Source: Candidatus Bathyarchaeum tardum
GTDB lineage: Archaea > Thermoproteota > Bathyarchaeia > Bathyarchaeales > Bathyarchaeaceae
NCBI GenBank assembly: GCA_024650005.2
Contig: CP122380.1
Location: 1 to 64,000, forward strand
DNA: 64,000 bases
Reading direction: 5' to 3'
The stretch's first letter is position 1. Each line of letters starts with the position of its first letter. The notes beneath the pieces were generated by a model. It was not told where the DNA came from. It saw only the letters and a program-made list of their open reading frames with translations, and did not search any database. A program made the translations under genes and the position numbers. Shown here one piece after another: positions 19,093 through 28,335 of this stretch.

Positions 19093-20169
19093 ATGTCTAA
19101 GAAGATGACTTACTCTGACGCGGGCGTTGACAGAGAAACTAGAACAAAATCTAAAGAGGTCCTTTGCATGCTAAAAGGAACCTACAGTTTAGGCAGATAC
19201 GGTAAAGTTGTTCACCTGCCTTATGGCAACATCTTTCTTGCAGGGAATGGCTATCTAGACCTTGTCATTGAAGGCGTAGGAACCAAAGTTTTGTTGGCTC
19301 AATTGGCAGACAAGTATGATTCTATTGGAGTTGATGGAGTTGCAATGGCAGTTAACGACGTAATCCGTTCGGGGGCTACTCCGTTGGCTTTGGTTGACAA
19401 TTTTCATGCCCATGTTTCTGACCCCAAGTTAGTAAGAGAATGGTTGAAAGGCATAGTAAAAGGTGCTGAAGAGTCAAATTGCCCCGTTACAGGGGGGGAA
19501 ATTGGGGACGTGGCATCCATAATTAAAGGCTTAACAGAGGGGAAAGGTTTTGATTTGATTGTTGCCAGCGTCGGTGACGTGTTAGAAAAAGACATAATCA
19601 CCGGAACTACAATCAAACCGGGGGATGTTGTTGTTGGTTTTCGTAGTTCGGGGGTTCATAGTAATGGTATTTCGTTGGTTCGTAAAGTTTTGTTCAAAGA
19701 GTGGGGAGGAAAATTTGACCCCTTTGATGTTCCTGACGGTTTAAACCAGGAAGTAGTTTATGAAGCCTTAGAGCCCACAAAAATTTATGTTAAGTCTTTT
19801 TTGAACACTGCAAAACAGGTCAACGTGAAAGGTGATATTCACATTACTGGGGATGCTTACGTTAAGTTTGACCGTTTCATGAAATTCTCCGATGGAATTG
19901 GGTTTGAATTCGACAATTTCAAGCCGCAACCAATCTTTGATTTGATTCAAAGAACAGCTCCTGAAGTTGGCGGGGAAATAACCGATGAAGAAATGCTAAA
20001 AACCTTTAACATGGGTTGGGGCTTCGGAGTTATTGTAGATAAAACCGAAGTAGATGACACAATCGAAGTTATCGAGAAAAATGGTGTTGAAGCAGACCAA
20101 ATTGGAACAGTAACAGATACAGGCAATATTGTTGCAAAGTACAAAAATAAGAAACTTCTGTTAAAATAG
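19093..20169 (+). CDS. purM: phosphoribosylformylglycinamidine cyclo-ligase (AIR synthetase)
   Basis: TYSDAGVD, EGVGTK, VAMAVND, GGE, SSGVHSNG, HITG, TFNMGWG; ATG 19093. Confidence 0.95.
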   Translation: MSKKMTYSDAGVDRETRTKSKEVLCMLKGTYSLGRYGKVVHLPYGNIFLAGNGYLDLVIEGVGTKVLLAQLADKYDSIGVDGVAMAVNDVIRSGATPLALVDNFHAHVSDPKLVREWLKGIVKGAEESNCPVTGGEIGDVASIIKGLTEGKGFDLIVASVGDVLEKDIITGTTIKPGDVVVGFRSSGVHSNGISLVRKVLFKEWGGKFDPFDVPDGLNQEVVYEALEPTKIYVKSFLNTAKQVNVKGDIHITGDAYVKFDRFMKFSDGIGFEFDNFKPQPIFDLIQRTAPEVGGEITDEEMLKTFNMGWGFGVIVDKTEVDDTIEVIEKNGVEADQIGTVTDTGNIVAKYKNKKLLLK

Positions 20170-20250
20170 TCCAAGAGCAGGTGATATGTTTTTTGCATCT
20201 GAAAATCCAAGGGTTTTAGTTAGTTAACTTAATATCAATTGTTGTTTAGC

Positions 20251-20283
20251 AAAAATTTATAAACTTGGTTGGATCATCCAACC
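20251..20283 (+). promoter_or_regulatory. BRE/TATA-like box with abutting 17-bp palindrome
   Basis: AAAAATTTATAAA (20251-20263) then GGTTGGAT-c-ATCCAACC (20267-20283). Confidence 0.55.
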
Positions 20284-20310
20284 GTGATTCATGGGTTAAG
20301 TAAAGACATA

Positions 20311-20384
20311 GACTCTGGAAAGTGGTCATGTTCGGTAACGGCATGAAGCGTTGTCATTTGCTCCTTAGTCCACTTTCCAGAGCC
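20311..20384. ncRNA. candidate structured RNA (long closing stem, internal GNRA hairpin)
   Basis: CTCTGGAAAGTGG (20313-20325) pairs with CCACTTTCCAGAG (20370-20382); inner TCATG..CG-GTAA-CG..CATGA. Confidence 0.5.
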
Positions 20385-20521
20385 ATCCATCTATAATACA
20401 AAGAGAGTAAATGCTTAGTTCTTGCAGAAATTAACTTGGGCAACCACGTAGAATTTAACCGTTCATTTAAATTTTCCAGTAAATAACATTTAAATTTTGA
20501 TTCTTTCACTTACAATCACAA

Positions 20522-20770
20522 ATGTATCGTGCAAGAATAGAAGTCAGCCTCAAGCCGGGACATTCTGATCCGGAAGGAGAAATGACTGCTCAATCATTAA
20601 AGGAACTGAAGTTTTCCGTCAAAAATGTTAACGTAAGCAAGGTGTACATGGTAGTTTTTGAAGCCGAATCCAAACAGAAAGCTGAAGAGGCGGTAGAGGA
20701 AATGTGCCGAAAACTTCTTGCTAACCCGACAAAAGATAACTACAGCTTCAAAGTTGAGGAAGAAAAATGA
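20522..20770 (+). CDS. purS: FGAM synthase subunit PurS
   Basis: LKPGHSDPEG, MCRKLLANP. Confidence 0.95.
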   Translation: MYRARIEVSLKPGHSDPEGEMTAQSLKELKFSVKNVNVSKVYMVVFEAESKQKAEEAVEEMCRKLLANPTKDNYSFKVEEEK

Positions 20771-23139
20771 GCCGCTACGTCAAAAAAGACGTGCCTTTTG
20801 AACTTGTAGAAATTAACCTTCAAGATGCTGACGATCAAGAGTTATTGCAAATCAGTGCCAAAATGGGCATTGGCTTAAACTTAAACGAAATGAAAATCGT
20901 TAAAAACTATTTTGCCCAAAAAAACCGCAACCCCACAGACGTGGAACTGCAAACTATTGGTCAAACATGGTCTGAGCATTGTTACCATAAAACATTCAAA
21001 GGTGACATAACCACTCCGGAAGGTAAAATTAGCAGTTTGTTTAAAACTTACATTGCAAAAGCAACCAAAGAACTCAACCCTTCATGGTGTATTTCAGTTT
21101 TTGAGGACAACGCAGGCATAATAGATTTTGACAAAAACTACGCCATCGCTGCAAAAGTAGAAACCCACAATCACCCCTCTGCCATCGAACCCTTCGGAGG
21201 CGCTGCAACCGGAACGGGTGGAGTAATTCGAGACATTCTTGCAGTTTGGGCAGATCCCATCGCTTGCACGGATGTTTTGTGTTTTGGTCCCTTAGATTAT
21301 GATTATAATAAACTGCCTGCTGGAACCAAGCACCCAAAATATGTTTACAGTGGAGTAGTAGCAGGAATTGGCACCTACGGAAACAACATGGGCATCCCCA
21401 CAGTTAACGGTGCCATAAATTTTGATGAAAGCTATGTCGGAAACGTAGTAGTTTACTGTGGCTGCATTGGTATATTACCTAAAGATAAATTTGTAAAAGA
21501 CACACGAGCTGGAGACATCGCCCTTCTGGTAGGTGGAGAAACCGGCAGGGATGGAATCCACGGTGTAACTTTTGCGTCTGCAGAATTAACTAAAGAATCA
21601 GAAGAAATTTCTCGCCCAGCAGTGCAGATTGCAAATCCCATAGAAGAAGAAAGGGTTAAACGAGCCATAGTGAAATTGCGAGATGCGGGTTTAGGCTCAG
21701 CAATAACCGACATCGGCGGTGGAGGAATCTCTTGTGGAACTGGAGAGATGGCTGAACGTTCTAATTTGGGAATTCATGTTTTCTTGGAAAAGATTCCGTT
21801 GAAGTATCAGGGTTTGGCGCCTTGGGAAATTTATGTTTCTGAGTCCCAAGAACGGATGTTGTTATCGGTTCCTGAAAAGAATCTAGAAAAAGCTCTCGAA
21901 ATTTTTGAGAATGAAAACGTCACTGCAGCTCCAATTGGCAAATTCACAACCGATGGAATGCTAAAAGTAACGTACCACGGACAAATCGTTGCAGATCTGG
22001 ATATCGACTTTATTTTTGTGCCTCCAAAATTTGTTGCTTCAACTGATTGGCAGCCTCCAAAACTGGAAGAACCAATACTTTCTGAACCCACAGACCTAAA
22101 CAAGGAATTGCTGGATTTGCTTTCGTTACCTAACATTGCAAGCAAAGAATCTGTGATCCGAACCTACGACCACGAAGTCAAAGGAAACACCGTCCTAAAA
22201 CCCCTGCAAAGCAAATACGGTGGACCAAATGACGCTGCAGTTTTGAAGCCTCTTGTGGATTCATGGATGGGAGTAGTTGTATCTTCGGGATTGAACACTA
22301 ACTACGGCAAAATTGATCCCTACTGGATGGCAGCATCCTGCATTGATGAGGCTATCAGAAACAACGTGGCAGTTGGGGGTAGAAGAATTGCTTTGCTTGA
22401 TAACTTTACGTGGGGCAATCCGCAAAAACCTGATAGATTGGGTTCGTTAGTTAGCGCTTGCAAAGCCTGTTATGATTTTGCTAAAGGTTTTGAAGCTCCG
22501 TTTATTTCAGGCAAAGATAGCCTATATAACGAGTCACCAATGGGTCCAGTTACTCCTACTTTGTTGATTACGGCCATTGGAATTATTCCTGACATACGAA
22601 AAACAGTATCCATGGAACTCAAACAACCTGGAAACAGTGTTTACCTTGTTGGCAAAACCTATGCTGAATTAGGCGGTTCCCATTACTACCAGAACAAGGG
22701 TGTTTTAGGGAATTCTGTTCCTCAAGTTAGGCTTGAACAGGCAAAGAAAACAATGAATAAAATAACTGAAGCCATAGACAACGGTTACTTGCGGGCATGT
22801 CACGACCTTTCTGAAGGTGGTTTAGCTGTAGCGTCTGCTGAAATGGCTTTTAGCAGTGGATTCGGCTTGGATTTAGACCTTGGCAAGGTTTCAAGAACTA
22901 AAAACGTTTGCAGAAACGATTTTGCTCTGTTTTCGGAGTCCAACAGCAGATTCCTTGTTGAAGTTACACCAAAATACAAAGACTGTTTTGAGAAAATGAT
23001 GAAAGATGTTGACTGCGCAGAAATTGGTTCGGTAACTAAAGATGCAGTTTTGTCTGTTACTGGTTTGGATGGTAAACTAGCCTTGTCTTCTAGCATAGAT
23101 GAACTGAGGAGGCGCTGGAAAAGCGTTCTAGGATCGTGA
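20767..23139 (+). CDS. purL: FGAM synthase subunit PurL
   Basis: QTWSEHCYHK, KVETHNHPSAIEPFGGAATG, GRDGIHG, SESQERM, SGKDSLYN, HDLSEGG. Confidence 0.98.
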   Translation: MSRYVKKDVPFELVEINLQDADDQELLQISAKMGIGLNLNEMKIVKNYFAQKNRNPTDVELQTIGQTWSEHCYHKTFKGDITTPEGKISSLFKTYIAKATKELNPSWCISVFEDNAGIIDFDKNYAIAAKVETHNHPSAIEPFGGAATGTGGVIRDILAVWADPIACTDVLCFGPLDYDYNKLPAGTKHPKYVYSGVVAGIGTYGNNMGIPTVNGAINFDESYVGNVVVYCGCIGILPKDKFVKDTRAGDIALLVGGETGRDGIHGVTFASAELTKESEEISRPAVQIANPIEEERVKRAIVKLRDAGLGSAITDIGGGGISCGTGEMAERSNLGIHVFLEKIPLKYQGLAPWEIYVSESQERMLLSVPEKNLEKALEIFENENVTAAPIGKFTTDGMLKVTYHGQIVADLDIDFIFVPPKFVASTDWQPPKLEEPILSEPTDLNKELLDLLSLPNIASKESVIRTYDHEVKGNTVLKPLQSKYGGPNDAAVLKPLVDSWMGVVVSSGLNTNYGKIDPYWMAASCIDEAIRNNVAVGGRRIALLDNFTWGNPQKPDRLGSLVSACKACYDFAKGFEAPFISGKDSLYNESPMGPVTPTLLITAIGIIPDIRKTVSMELKQPGNSVYLVGKTYAELGGSHYYQNKGVLGNSVPQVRLEQAKKTMNKITEAIDNGYLRACHDLSEGGLAVASAEMAFSSGFGLDLDLGKVSRTKNVCRNDFALFSESNSRFLVEVTPKYKDCFEKMMKDVDCAEIGSVTKDAVLSVTGLDGKLALSSSIDELRRRWKSVLGS

Positions 23140-23143
23140 TTGC

Positions 23144-23962
23144 ATGAAGGCTGAAGACATTCGTGTTCTGGTTATGCGTGTTGGTGGAACAAACTGTGAT
23201 GCTGAAACTAAACGAGCGTTTGACGATTTAGGGGCAAAAGCTGAAGTTTTTCATTTCAATGAAGTAGTGAAACATGGTTGTATTTTGGATTATGATGCTT
23301 TGGTTTTTCCGGGTGGATTTTCGTATGGGGATTATGTTCGGGCAGGTGCGATTTGGGCAACTGGAACCGTAACCAAGCTGCGTAAAGACCTCAAACAGTT
23401 CGATGAAGAGGAACGCCCCATCATCGGAATCTGTAACGGTTTTCAAGTATTAGTCGAAGCTGGACTATTACCCGGTTTTGATGGAATCACTGATTACCCC
23501 GAAGCAACTTTGGCAACTAACATTCCAATTGGTTACCGTTGCAAGTGGATTCATTTAAAGCACGAGAACGCGGGTAACTGTATTTTTACTCAAAACATCT
23601 CAAAAGGCAAAGTTATGCATCTGCCTGTTGCTCATGGTGAAGGTCGATTCTTGTTTGCGAAAGAAAAAGAAGAAAAATATCTGCAAAAACTCTACGACAA
23701 CGACCAATTAGTCTTCAGGTACAGCACTAAAGATGGGGACTACGCCAATGGAAAATTCCCAACTAACCCAAATGGCGCATTCCACGACATTGCTGGAATA
23801 TGCAACCCTGCAGGAACAGTTTTTGGTTTAATGCCTCATCCAGAACGAGCTTTCTATGGATGGCAATTGCCTGACTGGACAAAAACAGAAAACCTGCAAA
23901 CGTACGGAGACGGAAAATTAGTTTTCGAATCCATGATAGAATATCTAAAGAAAAAATTCTAA
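23144..23962 (+). CDS. purQ: FGAM synthase glutaminase subunit PurQ
   Basis: GTNCD, PGGFSYGDY, GICNGFQ, AHGEG, NPNG, MPHPER. Confidence 0.97.
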   Translation: MKAEDIRVLVMRVGGTNCDAETKRAFDDLGAKAEVFHFNEVVKHGCILDYDALVFPGGFSYGDYVRAGAIWATGTVTKLRKDLKQFDEEERPIIGICNGFQVLVEAGLLPGFDGITDYPEATLATNIPIGYRCKWIHLKHENAGNCIFTQNISKGKVMHLPVAHGEGRFLFAKEKEEKYLQKLYDNDQLVFRYSTKDGDYANGKFPTNPNGAFHDIAGICNPAGTVFGLMPHPERAFYGWQLPDWTKTENLQTYGDGKLVFESMIEYLKKKF

Positions 23963-24861
23963 AAGTTCTTCAGGTCAGGTAAATGGGGTAGTCCTGTTCT
24001 TGCGCCCATCTTTTGCACACATCTAGAAGCAACAAAGTTACCGATTTTTCCGCATTCGTACAAGTCTTTTTCTTTAATCAAACCATACAGAAAACCCGCA
24101 CAAAACGCATCTCCAGCACCAGTAGTGTCAACGGCATGTACCTTGTATGCTTCAATGGTGTAATGTTCGTTTCCGTCAGTAACATAACAGCCCGCTTTAC
24201 CCAACTTGACCGCAACTACTTCAACGCCCAAATCCAGCAAAACATTAGCGCCTTCTTTGTAGTCTTTTCCGGTAAGTTGTTTTAGTTCTAACGAATTCGG
24301 GAACATGACACTGCTTTGTTGAATTATCGGCTTCAAACCGTTCATGCCCTTGTTTATGTAAAGAGCTCCGGGGTCAAAACTGATTTTCACGTCTAAAAGC
24401 TGGGTTAGTACTTCTTTTTGGGTGCGGAAGGTTTTTTCTCCAACAAAAGAGGTTAAATGCAAAAATTTTGTGTCAGAAACATAATCCATATTGACGTCGT
24501 TGACGCTTATTCGGTCGTTAACTCCGGGGTCCACATAGAGTGCACGGTCACCGTTTGTGTCCACAAAGCCCATGACTGTTCCGCTTCTTCCAGTTTTGGA
24601 AACAGTTATGCCGTTAATGTCAACACCTTCTTTTTTGAATTCGTTAAGAAGAACCTGTCCTTCGCGATCTTTGGCTACTTTGCCAACGTAACCTGTTTTA
24701 AGGTCTAATCGCGCAGTGCCTACGGTTGTGTTTGCTGCAGAACCTCCGGGAGATTCTGTTACATTGGTTACGAAGCCTTCCTGTTCTTCTTTTGCGATGA
24801 TGTTCACTTTGAAAAGTTTATCCAAGTTGAGGGCGCCAAAGCCAACAACATCAAAGGTCAT
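23959..24861 (-). CDS. PfkB/ribokinase-family kinase (EhaT-like)
   Basis: PGGSAANT, DPG, FPNSLE, VKLGKAG, DTTGAGDAF. Confidence 0.92.
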   Translation of the reverse strand: MTFDVVGFGALNLDKLFKVNIIAKEEQEGFVTNVTESPGGSAANTTVGTARLDLKTGYVGKVAKDREGQVLLNEFKKEGVDINGITVSKTGRSGTVMGFVDTNGDRALYVDPGVNDRISVNDVNMDYVSDTKFLHLTSFVGEKTFRTQKEVLTQLLDVKISFDPGALYINKGMNGLKPIIQQSSVMFPNSLELKQLTGKDYKEGANVLLDLGVEVVAVKLGKAGCYVTDGNEHYTIEAYKVHAVDTTGAGDAFCAGFLYGLIKEKDLYECGKIGNFVASRCVQKMGARTGLPHLPDLKNF

Positions 24862-25763
24862 CAGAATAGCTCCCGCAAAAATATTTTGTGTTTTCCTAGT
24901 TTGCCTTCGTAGTTCCCTGCAGAAATTTTTACAACACCATCAACTGCCATTGCAGCTTCGATGCCGGTTTTCATGGCTTTTCTCATGCCTTCAAGGGAAG
25001 TGCCGTTGATTACAATTTCTGGAATGTAGTTTACATCTTCTTCAACCATTGAAGCTAATCCTAACTGTTTCTTCAAGGTCGGACAGTAAGGATGATTAGT
25101 AGTTGGACCAATCAAAGGATAATTTGTTTCAGGTTTAGAGCCTGCAGAACAAATGTCAAAAGGGGTAACTATTCCCGGGATCGTGTGTATTGCTTCTAAG
25201 GCTTTGTTTCCAGCTTCAATTACTGCTTGTTTTGTTTGGCACATGTACCAAAAGTTTGCTCCCATAATTCCTTGGGAATAACCAATTTCCCGTTCAATAA
25301 TAAAGTCAGAAACCATCAAAGGAACAGTAATCACGTTTCGTCCAGAACGCTTCTCAACATTCTCATAACCATCCCCACAGTGACCAACCCGCTCCATCAT
25401 ATCCAGTTTTCCTTGAGGATTTTCCAAAGCATCATACAATGCAGTAAAAGGCTTAACCAGAATGTCTTGCCGAATTCGGAAAGAAAGTTCAGCTTCAAAC
25501 TTTTTCACGTTCTGTTCAAGGGTTTTGTCTTCTTTTATTCCCCCCCAAAACTGCAAAATCGCACCCACACGACCATCAGGGGTCTCCTGAGGCGTCAAAT
25601 ACCGTTCAATTCCACCTTCGACCCTGCCAATAACAATAGAAGGAGTCGCAGTTGCATCGTCTGCTGCCCGTACCAACACTTCTGGGTGGTCTGCAGTTAC
25701 AATAACGCGGGCGTATAATCCATCAAAAGCTTCTGCGTATGTATCTTCAATTTCTGGTGTCAT
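24861..25763 (-). CDS. formylmethanofuran:H4MPT formyltransferase paralog (Ftr-like, EhaS-like)
   Basis: [50 protein letters not shown]; divergent [12 protein letters not shown]. Confidence 0.88.
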   Translation of the reverse strand: MTPEIEDTYAEAFDGLYARVIVTADHPEVLVRAADDATATPSIVIGRVEGGIERYLTPQETPDGRVGAILQFWGGIKEDKTLEQNVKKFEAELSFRIRQDILVKPFTALYDALENPQGKLDMMERVGHCGDGYENVEKRSGRNVITVPLMVSDFIIEREIGYSQGIMGANFWYMCQTKQAVIEAGNKALEAIHTIPGIVTPFDICSAGSKPETNYPLIGPTTNHPYCPTLKKQLGLASMVEEDVNYIPEIVINGTSLEGMRKAMKTGIEAAMAVDGVVKISAGNYEGKLGKHKIFLRELF

Positions 25764-25787
25764 GAAATTACATCCCCACAAAATTGA

Positions 25788-26891
25788 TTATCCTAACTGT
25801 CCTATAGCTTCTCCCCTTACAGTCTTGCGGAAAACGTTACTTTCAGAAATCAATCGGTCCACTGACTCTTCAGTTACAAGCTCAACTTTTGGAAAACCGC
25901 CAGAAAACACGTCAAGCATCTGGTTGCACAACTCAGATGAAACACAATGTTTGGCAAGACCGGCTGGGCTCCATTCTTTAACTAAATTGATTGCTTCGTC
26001 TTTGCCTTTTCTAAAGAAGGCATCAGCCAGAACAGAAGTAACTACAGTATTTACAGACAAAACAGCAATGTCTGCTTGGCGAACAGAATAATCGTTACCA
26101 TTAAAAGAAACTGCCAAGCCACCATTTTCTTGAACAAGCTTCAAAGCCTGAGCATCAGTTATGCTATCTCCCACATACATTATCTGGTCAAGGCTACAAT
26201 CAAGTCGTTGAACAATATCTTCCACAGAACGAGCCTTCTCGGTTCCACCCACAGGGTTAACATCAGACAACATTTTGCCTGACGTCATCTCACGAAGTTG
26301 AGTCCAAAAAATGTCATCTAACATCTTGATAGTTTCTTGATCAAGGGAAGAAAAATCACCAACAGAAGCAGCATTTTTAGGAATTTCAATCATCGGCATA
26401 ACCGAAATTTCAGCCGTTAACTGTCGAAGCAACATAGTTTCTTCAAGAGGAACATAATACTTATCCAAATCCAATAAAGTACAATACGTATTATCAAAAG
26501 AGAATCCAGTTAGTTCGCATAACGAAGCGATATATTGTTCATAACTGGTGCTGACAATAAAAGAAGGCACACTGCTTTGAACAAAGTTTAGAGTTTCTTT
26601 TGCTCCAGGAACCAACAAAACGTTTTTTGCTGAAAAATCTAGTATCTTCTTGTTTGTAGCCCCATACGCCTTCAAAAAGGGCAAAATAAGCCGGAGGGTG
26701 TCACCTGCTTTGTAATTGGGTTTTTTTACAACATCCGCCAGAACGTCATCATATTTACTTATCAATGAAAAAAAGCGGTCCCCGTCTGGAATGAAATGTT
26801 TTGCCAACTCAAAGGCGTTGTCGTTCTTTGATATTGGTCCTTCACAGTCTGTAACGAACACACGGTGACAATTAATGGAAGCTTCGGACAT
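25788..26891 (-). CDS. HAD-superfamily hydrolase-like protein (EhaR-like)
   Basis: FVTDCEGPISKNDNAFEL (DxE variant of motif I), STSY, GGTEK, YVGDSITD, SFNGN. Confidence 0.8.
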   Translation of the reverse strand: MSEASINCHRVFVTDCEGPISKNDNAFELAKHFIPDGDRFFSLISKYDDVLADVVKKPNYKAGDTLRLILPFLKAYGATNKKILDFSAKNVLLVPGAKETLNFVQSSVPSFIVSTSYEQYIASLCELTGFSFDNTYCTLLDLDKYYVPLEETMLLRQLTAEISVMPMIEIPKNAASVGDFSSLDQETIKMLDDIFWTQLREMTSGKMLSDVNPVGGTEKARSVEDIVQRLDCSLDQIMYVGDSITDAQALKLVQENGGLAVSFNGNDYSVRQADIAVLSVNTVVTSVLADAFFRKGKDEAINLVKEWSPAGLAKHCVSSELCNQMLDVFSGGFPKVELVTEESVDRLISESNVFRKTVRGEAIGQLG

Positions 26892-28297
26892 CAGAGCCCC
26901 CTCAACTCGTGCATGTGTCTTATGCTTTGTTCAATGTGAGATTTTAAAGCAATATCGGTCCGGTTCCACAGTTCCCCGCCTTTAATTGCATTTATGCATT
27001 CTAAGGAGTTTTCGCGGGCTTCAGCAATAGTGTCCCCAATTCCAACAACACCAACAGCACGAGAACCCAACGCAAAAACTTGGTTATCTCGCAACTCCAT
27101 CGACCCCGGATAAACTCGAGTTTTTCCAGTTTTAGCAACCAAACTGTAAGCTACACTCAAATCCACCTCAGAGCCGACTAGATCTTTGTTTATTTTAGCG
27201 GGAAATTTGGTTGCGTAACCGCCATAATCCGGAGGAACCTTGTAAGTTACAACAGTTGCTTTGTTATTGAAGTTGACTTTGTGCAGGTTTCCGTCCACCA
27301 TGTTGTAGCAAACGTCCACAAAATCGTCCTTCAAATCAGGCAACAACGTCATTATTTCAGGGTCACCTGGGCGGCTGTTAACTTCCAAAATTTTCGGTCC
27401 TTTGCTGGTGTGAATAAACGCTGCATAAAATGGAACGCCTCGCAGTCCGGGGTTACTGCCTTTGCCTTTTAGTTCAGAAAATACTCGGGTAACTAATTCA
27501 ACTTCTTTTTTTCGGTCTTCTTGAGTCATGAACGGAAGAATGTCTTTAGCGTCTTTGTATGCACCCATTCCGCCGGTATTGGGTCCTTTGTCGTCGTCAA
27601 AGGCGCGCTTGTAGTCACGGCTTTCAGGTAAAGCAACTAACCGTTTTCCGTCACAGAAAGTCTGGAAACTGGATTCTTCACCTTCCACTTTTTCTTCAAT
27701 AATAACTGGTCCGTGCTCGTAATTGGACAGGAAATGAGCAAAAACTTCTTCTGGACTGTTAAAGTGGTCACCCCAGACGCCAACTCCTTTTCCTGCAGTT
27801 GCTTTATCAGGCTTTACTGCAACTTGATTGTCCAACTCTTTAAGCCAAGCATACACGCTTTTCTTGACCTGAGTGGTACTGCTATAATCTTTGGGGTCAA
27901 AAACTTTGAATTGGGGATTAACTTCAGGAGCAACTTTATGGAACAGTTCACGCTGAGCAATTTTGCTGCCCTCAATTGCATACTCTTTAGTTGGACAAAT
28001 AATCGGAATTTTTGTTTCTTTCTCGACTATGTCTCTTACTCCAGCGATGATGGGTTTTTCTGGACCAACAATGCCAAAATCTATATTGTCTTTGTGTTTT
28101 TTTGCAAATTTTGCAATTTCTTTCAAGTCAAAATTAGAAATAACAGTGTGCTTTTCAGCATGTTTCAGGTTAAAGGGGTTATTTTGTTTGTCAACAACAT
28201 AAAATCTAGGGGAATAATCTTCGCTTCGGGTAAAAGCGTCGATCATTGCAGCTGCTCTTGAACCATAGGCTACTACTAGGATGCCAACTTTTTCCAT
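26891..28297 (-). CDS. purD: phosphoribosylamine--glycine ligase (GAR synthetase)
   Basis: VGPEKP, IEGSK, VKPD..AGKGV, IEEKVEGEE, DYKRA...GPNTGGMG, EVNSRPGDPE. Confidence 0.95.
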   Translation of the reverse strand: MEKVGILVVAYGSRAAAMIDAFTRSEDYSPRFYVVDKQNNPFNLKHAEKHTVISNFDLKEIAKFAKKHKDNIDFGIVGPEKPIIAGVRDIVEKETKIPIICPTKEYAIEGSKIAQRELFHKVAPEVNPQFKVFDPKDYSSTTQVKKSVYAWLKELDNQVAVKPDKATAGKGVGVWGDHFNSPEEVFAHFLSNYEHGPVIIEEKVEGEESSFQTFCDGKRLVALPESRDYKRAFDDDKGPNTGGMGAYKDAKDILPFMTQEDRKKEVELVTRVFSELKGKGSNPGLRGVPFYAAFIHTSKGPKILEVNSRPGDPEIMTLLPDLKDDFVDVCYNMVDGNLHKVNFNNKATVVTYKVPPDYGGYATKFPAKINKDLVGSEVDLSVAYSLVAKTGKTRVYPGSMELRDNQVFALGSRAVGVVGIGDTIAEARENSLECINAIKGGELWNRTDIALKSHIEQSIRHMHELRGL

Positions 28298-28335
28298 CAA
28301 AGTCACCTAAACATTCTGAAATAAGTTAATCTAGT

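Noticed and set aside
20289-20390. 33-aa minus-strand ORF (MDGSGKWTKEQ...) across the structured segment
   Set aside because: No RBS or motif; the long perfect stem and + strand promoter favour an RNA or DNA element, though coding is not excluded
20311-20455. Known riboswitch or ribozyme (ZTP, purine, PRPP, hammerhead)
   Set aside because: TGGGCAACCACG near 20438 is only a superficial ZTP echo without the GACTGGCG/CGCC pseudoknot; no CUGAUGA/GAAA hammerhead core
24861-26891. Evidence of methanogenesis or an Eha hydrogenase locus
   Set aside because: No hydrogenase, fwd, mch, mtr or mcr genes in the window; the genes are coupled to purD instead
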